A stretch of 63,893 bases of DNA, counting the filler, from Olpidium bornovanus S191 (taxonomy: Eukaryota > Fungi > Olpidiomycota): assembly GCA_017911155.1 (NCBI GenBank). It is 25 parts of 25 records of this genome, joined end to end, with 100 filler letters (N's around TTAATTAATTAA, not from the genome) between each part and the next. Parts side by side here need not be neighbours in the genome. Positions count along the whole stretch, not along the records: positions 45,007 to 49,111 come from JAEFCI010008726.1; positions 49,212 to 51,626 come from JAEFCI010002939.1; positions 51,727 to 55,848 come from JAEFCI010004229.1; positions 55,949 to 57,835 come from JAEFCI010010381.1; positions 57,936 to 59,359 come from JAEFCI010006195.1; 20 more parts are not named here. One strand, 5' to 3'. Shown here piece after piece: positions 48,412-58,954 of this stretch (within the stretch, counting starts at the first letter, position 1; the number at the start of each line of letters is the position of its first letter). The notes under the pieces were generated by a model, which had not been told where the DNA came from, did not search any database, and was given only the letters and a program-made list of their open reading frames with translations. The position numbers and the translations under genes are program-made.

Positions 48412-48649
48412 TAGGGTTAAAACCCGCCTCAAAGCGAGCGGCCCCGGAATTGGCGCACGCGGCCGGAGATCAGCCTGCCGCCCTTCACCGGGCGGCGTGT
48501 GAGCGTCTCGGGCCGATTGGGAAAACATGCGCACTTTCCCTTCATGCTGCTGCCCCCCCGGCTTGCGTGCCCCGCCTACTTGCCGTCCCAGGCAGTCTGC
48601 CTCCGCGTTCCACGGATGGGGCGCTCGAAGCCCTCGGTTCGCGTGCGAC

Positions 48650-49109
48650 TGTAACAGAGATGTAGGGTGGCTTGCCCCTTGTGCACACGGCAGCCGCCCG
48701 AACTCTTTTTGGCACAAAAAAGACAAGTTTATAGTGGAGTCGGGGTGGCGCCAGTCCGAGCTAAACCAAACTAGCGTTTCGGGTTTTGTCGCCGGTGAGC
48801 GGCGGGTTAAGGACCTTTTCTTATATGTTCTGAGTTCGGGACGAGTTCTAAGGGGAAGGCTGTCTACGTTGAAGCCCCAAACTGTTGAATCCAACCGATC
48901 GCACAGAGAATGCCGCGCCTATATAAAGCACCACGCCCGACGTACCTTAAAGGTAGATCGTGCACAAAAGTCCCCGCATAAAACAATCCCTGCAAAGCTT
49001 TAAACGTCAAAGCAATACTTCCAGATCCAGATCCAGATCCTAGAGCCAGACTCGTGTAGATATTAGCTCCAGATAGCGTGCCGCGCAGATAAATACTACA
49101 CTTATTACA
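48650..49109 (+). mobile_element. Gypsy-type LTR (TGTAA...TTACA), related to the LTR at 52655-53329
   Basis: TATA-like CCTATATAAAGC near 48919, (CCAGAT)n repeat and 3' end align with the reverse complement of 52655-52810; the contig ends TG, consistent with the start of a PBS. The 5' boundary is inferred. Confidence 0.7.
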
Positions 49110-49769
49110 TGNNNNNNNNNNNNNNNNNNNNNNNNNNNNNNNNNNNNNNNNNNNNTTAATTAATTAANNNNNNNNNNNNNNNNNNNNNNNNNNNNNNNNN
49201 NNNNNNNNNNNATCCGACTATCGAAGTTCCAAATATGAGGTTGCGTGTCAAGCTATAGCGGTTCTGCCTGTCGTGGGACGCCGCGCACCGATACTGGTAG
49301 CAAGATACAATCGTGCGGCGATGACGCGAATGCGACGGCGATAGGGGGATGCGTTGGATGGAGAGACCTGCGGGGCGTACGAGGAATTGTCTTTCGATCC
49401 GTCAGCTCTTGTTGCGCAGAGCGTCATAAACGCGTCGAAATGTTCTCGTTCTTATCACATTTCTCTGCCGTCGCTCGGGGCGTACAGGCAGCTATGGCAA
49501 GCAGTTTGGAAACTGGACCAGGGGCCGGTCGCTTCTGTCCATACACTTTACAAATCAGTGGATCGGAAGATTCGGCTGGTCGCAACGGAGTTACCCGCCA
49601 CAGCTTGGAGACGAATTCAAGCAGCTCGGCGGGAACCCTGATTACGAGCGCCGGAAAAGATCGGCCATGTGTTCACGCGGGACACCCTCCTGTCCGCCGC
49701 GGCTGCCGCCGCCGTCGACGCCACAGGAGAGGACTTGCGTACATGCACGCGACGGACAAGAGCAAAGTC

Positions 49770-51540
49770 ATGAAGAGAAAAGGCGCCGCCGCAGTGCGGC
49801 CTGGCCGCCAACTCGTGCCGTCACTAGACGAGACTTTCAAGAGGAACACGCGTTCCAGGTCAAAGCAGCAACTCGCGGAGCAGCAGGCCGCCATAGTCAC
49901 AGAGCGGCTGTTCCGCGCCTCGCTCTCCGAGAGCGCTGCTTCGGCACTCCCGATCTCGTTTGGAACAACAATTGATGTGCCAAACACCACGCCCGCGGCG
50001 CTTCTTGCACCACAAGGTACCCCTTTTCCTGGCCGTTTCCCAACTGGAGAAACGCCGAGCGCCACGAGCGACCAAGGGGACACCCAATCGGTCTTCGCTC
50101 CTTGCCGTGGTCGACCTCGCGAACAATTCGTCAACGACGACGACGCAGTCGGTGTGTCACTTTCACACGACCACCAACGCCCGCTCTTTGGCAGGACGCC
50201 GCAATACGAGCGTGGACAGTATGAAAATGAAGCCGCCATGGCCCGGAAGGTTGGAAGCGAGTATGAAGGGAACGACCGCTTCGGCGGTGCCAGCGGCGGC
50301 GGGGTGTCACTTGACACGTCTCCTTCGGCTCCTCCAACTGATCCACATCGCTTCATAAGTGCTAGAAATCAGGGCAACGTGGTGGAAAATCGGGGCACCG
50401 TGCCGCGCCCAGACACAATGCAGGACTTTGTACCTCAGTGCCTTCCGCATACTCCTAGGTATACTACGGGTTTTGAGCCGTACCCCAACGGAGCTCCATA
50501 CCCGAAACAAGGCATACCGGGGACATACTACGCCATGCCGCAATGGTACGCCACGATGCCGGGTGTAACCCCGGCATCGCTGGACCCGAATTGCGCCCAT
50601 GAGGCAACATGCGAACTCCAGGAACGGCCTCACAAGCAAGAGAAACACCGCTCCATGGGACCTTCTACCTCTTCGTACATTCGAGCTCTTCGGATGACAA
50701 CGACCACCACAGGTCGCATCACTCGCGCCGGTCGCACCACACAAGGAAATCAAAGTCGTCGAAGTCATCACGCTCTCGTCTGTCCCATAACTCGCATCGG
50801 CACCGTCTGCCATCGAAAAGCAGATCAACCTCGAGCTCGGATTCCGAGTCGGATGACAGCGACAGAGACAATCAGACAAAGAAGATGAAGTATTACCACC
50901 AGGCCGACAGTGATTGGGCTGGCGACCAAGCCGATCGTCGCAGTCGTACAGGATTCGTCCTCCTTTTCGGCCTCGCCCTGATCGTCTGGAAGGCGCAGAA
51001 GCAACCCTGCATCGCCCTTTCTTTTTGCGAAGCAGAGTACATTGCCGCAAGCTGCGCCGCAGCTTGCCTGGCTTTGACGTCTCCTGGTCGAAATGCTCGG
51101 CCACACTCCCGACGTCAAACTGCCACCTTCAATCGTGCGCATTGACAACGAAGGCGCGCGGCTCCTGGCCTCCAAGACATCTTATAACCCTTGTACCCAA
51201 CACATCGGCGTCAGGTATGATATTATGTGTGCGAGTGCGTCGCGGACTGCGAGATCCACCTCGAGCACGTATCGACCAAGCACAACACCGCTGATACCCT
51301 CACGAAAGCCTTGCCCAAGGCACGTTTCGACGAGTGCCGTCGTGAACTCGGGCTGGTCGACGTCGAAGAGCATTTGGCGCATGTGGTGCTTGCCCGAGCA
51401 CTCTGTAGCTCACAGTGATTTTCATGCCTATCTTCCGCACCTGCACGATTTAACCATAGCGATCCCTTTGTCATTTTGTATATCCCCTGCGGTAGCGATC
51501 CCTTTGTCATTTTGTATATCCCCTGCGGTTCGAGAGGGGG
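49770..51540 (+). mobile_element. Internally deleted or chimeric Copia derivative: low-complexity ORF joined directly to RNase H, then PPT
   Basis: ADSDWAGDQADRRSRTG...WKAQKQPCIALSFCEAEYIA...IDNEGA...QHIGVRY...ADTLTKALP (Copia RNase H, frameshifted); no INT/RT; PPT GAGAGGGGG at 51532-51540 followed by TG. Confidence 0.8.
51457..51528. repeat. 36-bp perfect tandem duplication just upstream of the PPT
   Basis: TAGCGATCCCTTTGTCATTTTGTATATCCCCTGCGG at 51457 and 51493. Confidence 0.95.
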
Positions 51541-51726
51541 TGCCGAAGTGTCGTCCTACCAGGAATTATAGATCACTAGAGTAAAGAACCGGGAGCGGGG
51601 CAGAGGGGGACCCCCCCCCGGTCCGCNNNNNNNNNNNNNNNNNNNNNNNNNNNNNNNNNNNNNNNNNNNNTTAATTAATTAANNNNNNNNNNNNNNNNNN
51701 NNNNNNNNNNNNNNNNNNNNNNNNNN

Positions 51727-52590
51727 AAGCCACGGCAATATGTCCAAGTTGTTTGCAGTAGAAACATGAGCCTTTTTTGCGCAGTTCCTCCTGCTCCTTC
51801 CTTTTGGACGCGTTGCCGGACGATGCTCCTGACGCGTCTTTGCGATCTCGGAGCTTCTCGGAGACCTTGGCGACCTTCTAGGAGGTCTTGGCGACCTTCT
51901 CACGACGGGGACGGTCTTCGGATGCACGCATCTTCTCCTGAAACATGATCTCATCGAGCTCTTCGGCCTCGCGGATTGCCGATTCAAAATCGCGTACCTT
52001 CATGACGGTGAGGTCGCGACGGAGGTTGGCCTTCAGACCATGTTTATAGGTCTGGAGTTTGTCGGACTCCGTGAAGTCGTTGATACAAGCGGCCAGCCGC
52101 TTGAATTCTTCCGTGTATTTCTTCGCAGAACCAGTCTGCCGAAGCTTGTGGAGCTTAACGCGTGCGTTCTCTTCCGTTTGTGGGTCACGGAAGCGATGCA
52201 AGAATTCCTGACGGCATTCTTCCCATTTGTAGGGACGGTTGAGGCACTGGTAGTAAATCGCCGCGTCTTCTGTGAGCATGGCACTGAATGCAATCCCACG
52301 TTCCTTTCCTTCGAGACGCATCAACGACACGTATTTGTCGAAGTTCTGAAGGAAGGTGTGAAGGACATGGGGCGGCGATCCTTCCCGGTGAAGCTCTTCA
52401 TCATCTGCAGGAGGAGCTTGGCTACAGCTCGCTCCTGCTCCGATGGCTTCCTGCTGGCGACGGCCTCTGTTGACGCGACTTCGGCGCGGGTTTGTTCCCG
52501 GGCCTTGTCTACTTCGGATGCGAGTAGCTGTTGGAAGTAGGCCATGATTTTTGAGGTAATCCCAGCCGGAGCCACGTTGAGTGACGCCAT
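51727..52590 (-). mobile_element. Ty3/Gypsy gag (capsid + zinc knuckle), inactivated
   Basis: KSFTGKD...FLQNFDKY...KLHKLRQTGSAKKYTEEFKRL...YKHGLK; frameshift near 52370; TAG at 51878 inside a 21-bp duplication; downstream in-frame CFYCKQLGHIA. Confidence 0.9.
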
Positions 52591-52642
52591 TGAGGAAGGT
52601 GGGAGATTCTTTTCTTGTAATTCTAGATGTGATTTTTATTAT

Positions 52643-52654
52643 GCGTTGCTACCA
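52643..52654 (-). promoter_or_regulatory. Gypsy primer-binding site TGGTAGCAACGC (3' end of a tRNA, probably initiator Met)
   Basis: Immediately follows the LTR end ...GTTACA on the minus strand and precedes gag. Confidence 0.75.
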
Positions 52655-53329
52655 TGTAACGTGCGAAATACTTAATCTGCGCGTGGCGCTGTCTGGAGAT
52701 TTGTATTTTGCCATCTAGCTCTGGATCTGGATCTGGAGTACGTAAAAGTACAAGATTCTGGAAGTCTGTGCGAAGCTCTAAAGGTACGTGGCGTATGCGC
52801 TATATATAGGCACGTCTACCCTAGCCGGCGCCGTAGAGAATATGCAGTGTGTGTGTGGGCGTGCGCGCAGTACTGCGCGTACCCGTGCACACCATCCGGT
52901 GCGCAATATCCGTGCGCAATATCCAGCCCGCCATACGTGGAGCGCAATATCCAGTATTGCGGCTCCGGCACTGGCGTTGAGCTCGGAAATACTACGAGGG
53001 CGCGGTGGAAATTCACCGCGGGTTCTGAAAATACTCCGAAGCCCACAGCGTGGTGGGAATTCGCCGATATTATGGCTCGGGCGCCCCCACACTGGTGAGC
53101 CCACGCCTAGTGAGCCCACCACACCGCGGGCGCCACCACCCTTGTGGGCCCGCGCGTCTTGGTCTTGGTCTCGATCTGGAGGTCACGTGATGTCGCGACT
53201 AGACACACTGGTGTGTCTAGTGGTCTTGGCGATTTCTGGATCATGTGACCGTTGTTCGGCAGGCGCTCCCAAGAGGCGCTTGACGCGGCCTGAGGGGTTT
53301 GACGCCACCGTAGCGGGCGCGCCGTGACA
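52655..53329 (-). mobile_element. Gypsy LTR (~675 bp; TGTCAC...GTTACA on minus strand)
   Basis: The 3' end is defined by the PBS; TATA-like CCTATATATAG near 52805. The 5' boundary is inferred (alternative TGTCAC at 53606). Confidence 0.7.
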
Positions 53330-53769
53330 GGGTGCCCATGCATGGTTCTTGCACGATTGTGCGCCTGGTGCGCCTTGTACGCCGCGTTACGAATGGGGAA
53401 TCTCGCTTCTGCGCGCTAATTGGCTGCAGAGGCGCCATTTGGCTATTTCCATTGGCCAGAGTCTCACGCGGGAATCTTCGCGGGCCTTTTTGTGCGCGAC
53501 TCGGATCCGGGTGCACCTGCATCGAGAATGGCGTAAACAGCACCCGCAGCTCATAGGGCGTGAGCGTATCGAGGCTGCTAAGCGCCGCACACTGGGTACT
53601 GTGACACCTGTCTTCGCAAAAGGCAACCTCCGGCCCTGCCCGACCGCAGACGGCAAAAACCAATGCCTTCAATGACAATGAACTACAACAGCGCCCCGGC
53701 GCTACAACGTTCACGCCCCACGAACGACAATCCCAGCGGATTGCGGTTCCAGCTACAGAACCACGCGAA

Positions 53770-54474
53770 TTGGCACACGATTTGGCTCCCGTGGCGGCAT
53801 CCCGCGCAAACGCCAACAGCACGCCGCAACCAGTTCTGGAAGCCCACGACACCGCTGACGACCCCAACCGCTCGTACGAAGTTGGCCACGTCCGGTTCCA
53901 CACTCGTCGCGGAGTAAGTACCTTAACATGGTGTGGTGGGCTCCACCATTTGACGACCCCAGGCACGACTGCTACATCGATGACCGCGCTTTTGACCGCC
54001 TGTCGACCAGTCGAGGTACCCCCTGCGCTCCAGCGGTACTGGGCGGAGTTCCCACCTGCGGATCGTCCCCTCGCATACCCTCAGTTGCCGGCTGAAGAGG
54101 CTCCACAGCCCGCCGCAGACGAAGGGCGGCCCGGACAAAAAAATCGGCGCCGCAGAACAGCGACGAAAAAGGATCCCAAACGACCCCGCACCACCGACCG
54201 TTGTGACACACGCGACCACGAAGACGTCGGCCGAGTTGCGGGTTTCCGAGTTTATTTCAGAAGAGAGAAAAGGGGCTACAACGTGGAGGGGGGGCAGCTA
54301 AACGTCAACCCCCAAGATTCGATATCAACCCCCGAAATCCCCCTCCCCGAGGCCTACGTATGTTGCGCAGGCGTCGGCAATGTCGACGAGGAAGGAAAAC
54401 AAAAGAAAAAGGAGAACGAAAACGAGACAGACGAAAACAGGACAAAAAAGAAAATAGGGAAGAACAAAAACTAG
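53770..54474 (+). CDS. Antisense ORF (234 aa) in the 3' region of the Gypsy element, unknown function
   Basis: Open frame between integrase and LTR on the opposite strand; Lys/Glu-rich tail; no recognised domain. Confidence 0.35.
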   Translation: MAHDLAPVAASRANANSTPQPVLEAHDTADDPNRSYEVGHVRFHTRRGVSTLTWCGGLHHLTTPGTTATSMTALLTACRPVEVPPALQRYWAEFPPADRPLAYPQLPAEEAPQPAADEGRPGQKNRRRRTATKKDPKRPRTTDRCDTRDHEDVGRVAGFRVYFRREKRGYNVEGGQLNVNPQDSISTPEIPLPEAYVCCAGVGNVDEEGKQKKKENENETDENRTKKKIGKNKN

Positions 54475-55802
54475 CAGGTCTCGTCGTCGACGGGCAATGA
54501 TGTCGTGGTCGCGCGCGCATAGTAGAGTTTCAGGCGTCGTCCCGCCACTGCTGTTTCAAATGGCACCTTCTCGTCCGGGCGACGGAGTGCCACCGATCCA
54601 TTGTCGTTCAGGGCCGCAACCACGAAGGGCCCAGTCCAGTCCGGCTCGAGTTTCCCGGTCCAAGTTATCTCCTTCCATGATTCGTACCGCAAGATCAAGT
54701 CCCCAACGCGGAGAGGAGCCATACGCGCACGTTGGCGTTGTTGTTCGAGCCAGCGCTCGTGATCTTGTTGGAGTAGCGTCACCAGAGTTGTCTGGCGGCG
54801 GTGACGCAATTCGTCCAGCGCGCGGAGGTGGTTCGCGTAGTAGTCGACCTGCGCGTCGTGGGGCGCGGTGCCGACGGCGAAGTCGGGGCGATGGTCGATC
54901 GGCAACCGGGGCTCGAACCCATATTTCCAGAAGAACGCGCTGCCTCCGGAGTGCTGCAGACGGCGGCTAGTGTTCACACACCACACTGCGTCGTCGAATA
55001 CCTTTGCCCAGCCGGCGCCATAGGTAAGCATCAGGCGGGAGAGAACCTTCCCGACCTCCTGGACAGAGCGCTCGGCGGCTCCGTTTGACTGAGGATTGTA
55101 GGCGGACGTCCTGCTGAATTGGATTCCATAACATTGGTTAATGCGCTCACGAAAGCTGCGTCCAAACTCGCCTCCTCTGTTGGCAACCATCCTGATCGGT
55201 GCCCCGTGTTCTCGCACGACGGTTTGGACAAGCGCAAACGAGGTCTCTTCGGTGGGTTGCGATTTCACATGACGGGCGACGACCCAGCCCGAGAGGCGTT
55301 CCACAGCGAGTTGGAAGTAGTGATAGCCTGCAGAAGAGGGCAGCGTGTTGCTGCTGTCGAGATGCCATACCTCAAAGAAGTCCGGGAGAGGTTGTGGTTT
55401 GACGGGTAGTTCTTCGGCACGCTTTTTCCCTCGTCGCTGACATACATCACAAGTACGAACGTAATTTCGGACGTCCTCTTGGACGCCCGGCCAGAAGTAG
55501 CGAGCACGAACACGGATAAGGGACGTCTTGTTGGCGTAGTGTCCCTGTCGGTCATGGAGTTCTTCGAGAATAGCTTCTTTCTTGCGATCGTCGCATCCGA
55601 GGAGCACGCGGCACGGCCAGTCCGGTGCGTGCTTGTGTAGCAGGCCGCCTACGAGGAGAAAACGCGCAAGTTGCCGACGCAAACGTGGGGAAAGAGAGGA
55701 GGGGTCCTCGTGCTCGAGAGCGTGACCGATGGTGACTAAATCGGCGTCCGCGGGGTGAAACTTTGGTGAGATCCGAAGCGGGGACACTCGTCCGGGCGGC
55801 AA
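54471..55802 (-). mobile_element. Ty3/Gypsy integrase (HHCC, core, GPY/F), no chromodomain; 5' truncated
   Basis: ELHDRQGH...YFWPG...CDVCQ; WHLD, MVANRGGEF (second catalytic Asp changed to Asn), QSNGAAER; KLEPDWTGPFVV. Confidence 0.93.
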
Positions 55803-55948
55803 CGTCCCTCGCGCGGCAACTCGGACCGCAAGTACCGGCCAACGAGGGNNNNNNNNNNNNNNNNNNNNNNNNNNNNNNNNNNNNNNNNNNNNTTAATTAA
55901 TTAANNNNNNNNNNNNNNNNNNNNNNNNNNNNNNNNNNNNNNNNNNNN

Positions 55949-56491
55949 CCGCAAGATCTGGCGCACCGACGGCGTGGTCGGGCTCTACCGCGGCTTTGGG
56001 CCCTCGATTGTCGGCATATTCCTCTACCGCGCGACGTACTTCGGGGCCTACGACACCTCCAAAGCCATGCTCAAGAAGAAACCGGGCATCATCGTGTCGT
56101 GGGCCATCGCCCAGTCGGTCTCCATCGGGGCCTCCCTCGTCTCGTACCCGGTCGACACCGTGCGCCGCCGCATGATGATGCAGTCGGGCCGGTCTGACGT
56201 CCTCTACAGCGGCGCGCTCGACTGCGCCCGCAAGATTTACACGGAGGAAGGGCCCAAAGCGTTTTTTAAAGGCGGCCTGTCCAACTCGTTCGGTCGCATC
56301 GGAGCAGCTTTGGTTCTTGGTAGGTGTCTCGTTACGAACGGCGCTCGGAACCGAGTGATGAACCTTGTGCCTCTCGCCACTCTGCCGACGAGGTCCGTCT
56401 TCCGTTCGTCCATCCAACCTAACACGCTCTTCCAGTTTTGTACGACGAGCTCAAGGAATTTCTTGCCAAAACCGCGATCCCCGTCAATTGA
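55949..56491 (+). CDS. AAC: Mitochondrial ADP/ATP carrier (ANT/AAC), C-terminal half
   Basis: [32 protein letters not shown] (AAC signature RRRMMM); intron 56320-56435; ends [18 protein letters not shown]-stop. Confidence 0.95.
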
Positions 56492-57801
56492 AAAAATTTT
56501 CTTTTTTTTAGTCAGGCATCTTTCCCAAGACTTATACCTCGGCGGATCGTGCAGGCTAGCCCAAACTGCACGGCGAACTTACAAAAGCATTTTACGGAAA
56601 CCTGCCATCACAGAGATTTAGGTTTTGCTCACGATTCGGCACGGGGAAACCGTCCGCAAAACCGGCCGCGAGTCCCTCCTCGCTTATCAATGTTCGTTCT
56701 TTCATCGGTCGCGCGTTGTGAGTTTGTAATCCACCCTTTTGCCGAGCCGGCGTGCGCGGTGCGCTGGCGCGCGAGTGATGAAGACAAAGCGGCGCAGTTT
56801 CCTTTTTTAGTGCCGTTTCGTTGGTTCTCTCTCGCCACCCCCCACCCTACCCCTACCCCCGTAAACCGAACCATAAAGCCAAAAGTTTTCGGCACCCGCA
56901 ACTGGACTACCAGACCACGCCGCGCTGGCACGGCGTTAGGGCGATCTCGGTTTGAAATCGTGCGCTCTTTGCTCCACGCCCCCTGACGCAGTGATCAGAA
57001 TTTGTGCGTGGAAGGATGATCCCCCCCCCCCTACACACACCCTGATTTTGCTGAGATCACATACCGTTTCCACTGTCGGGCCGCCTCGGCCCGAACAATA
57101 ACTCACTCGGCTGGACCTGCCGGGCCAGAGCCCGCAAAGAGCGCGCTGCCCCGGGCCCCTCGACAAAAATCGTGGAGCGATTTCATCAAACTTTCCACTC
57201 CAGAAAGGAGATGGCGTTCACCGACACTTTTCGTCCGTCCGGGTGGGGGACGAGCGGCCGGAGGGCGTGGAGAGTTCTGGGCGTAGTCTTTGGGGCGGCA
57301 ATCCACCGGGTGTGGAGGGGCTGGAGGAAGGTCCGGGGCCGGGTGCTATGGGGGGCACCACAGTTAACGTGACCTACGTGTGCATCCTATTGTTGTAACT
57401 TTTTTTGGTTGTTTCGACGGCCGGCGCCCATAGATCTCACCCTTTTTTTTGTTTGACGCCGGCCGGCGTACAATGATCGTACCCGAAATCAATCTGATTA
57501 GTGCACGCGTGTCACTTTTGTAGAGATATGCGCACCGGTAACGTGACTCCTTCCTCTGTATTGCGAAACTGCCAAAAAAAAAAAAAAAAAAAAAAAAAGA
57601 AGAGTCCCCGTCCAAAATAAAAAAAAGTGCCGGCCACGTCTTCGTCCAAAACAAATTCTCCGTTCTCCGCGGCGTTCGGCGCCGGCCAAGGGCCACAAGA
57701 AGAGAAAGACGTGCGCATCCAGTTTTGAACACACGCACATGCTTGGATGACTGCGTCAAACCCTGGCGATTATTTCTTTTTTTTCGTCCCGCTGGGCTTT
57801 T

Positions 57802-57835
<34 letters not shown>

Positions 57836-57935
57836 NNNNNNNNNNNNNNNNNNNNNNNNNNNNNNNNNNNNNNNNNNNNTTAATTAATTAANNNNNNNNN
57901 NNNNNNNNNNNNNNNNNNNNNNNNNNNNNNNNNNN

Positions 57936-58954
57936 CATGAACCACTCTGCGGACGACGCAAGCAATCCGACGCACCGTTCCTGACGGCCTCCCGTGTGTC
58001 GTCCAGAAGGTCGATTAGCCTAGTCATGCCCATGGGCGCCGTGAGGATGCAATCCTGCAGCTGCTCGCCCTTGTTTTGCATCAGCGTCCCCAGGAGCTGC
58101 ACGGTGTTGAAGCGGACGTAAAAATCCGTGTTCTCAAGAATTCCGAGCAGCGTATGGACATTTTTGGGCGTCTGCGCGCCGTTTTTGGCCGAAGTGGAGC
58201 ATGGAAACCGGGCGAGAAGAGCGACCAGGAATGAGCACGCCGTTGGTGAACACCGCTTACGACGGTGCATCCAAAAGTTCACGCAGTACCTTGACATAGA
58301 TTTCTGTAAACTGGACGCCGAGGTCATCTTCCGGCTGAAACGAGAAACGGCAGACGGGGCAGACTGAGAGACGGAGTGTCCAGGTCCAGATCGGGGAGGG
58401 AAAGGGGGAGCCTTCTTGCGCTCGGTCGACAGGGGCCAAGCCTAAAACGATGAAAACCGCGCTCAGCACGCACTGGGGGGCGCAGGCGCACGTACCGGCG
58501 GCTCTCCGTTCCCGCCGACAACCGAGCAGAGCGTGTTGAGCGTCTCCAGCGCGGCGACAGTGATCTCCGGGTCATGGTAATCGTGTTCAAGGGTCTTGAT
58601 GAGAGGCGCCATGCCTTTGGTCCCCACGTCCTAAGGTGGGGGGGGGGGGGGAGTCCTTTGGGGTTTGAGCTCGTGCGGTGAACGGCGAGGTGGGAAAGCA
58701 TCTCGACGCGAGAGGAATAAAGGGCTTATCCGCGAGCGCGTCGTGTCCCGACGCCCTCCCTCGTCTTCCACGCGCGCGCGCACCAGCTTCCAGTCCCTGC
58801 TCATGGACTTCAGCCCGAGCACTGCGGCCCTCCTGTCGTCCAGCAGGTTGGCGTGCAGCACCCTGTCGCACAGCTTGTCGACGGTTTCGGGGCCCTGCTG
58901 AGGCGTCCCGGCGGGGCCCCTCAGGACATTGTACCCGGCGGCGAGGTAGTTCAT
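57936..58954 (-). CDS. USO1: USO1/p115 vesicle-tethering factor, N-terminal head, multi-exon
   Basis: QQGPETVDKLCDRVLHANLLDDRRAAVLGLKSMSR; DFYVRFNTVQLL; APMGMTRLIDLLDDTREAVRN. Confidence 0.93.
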
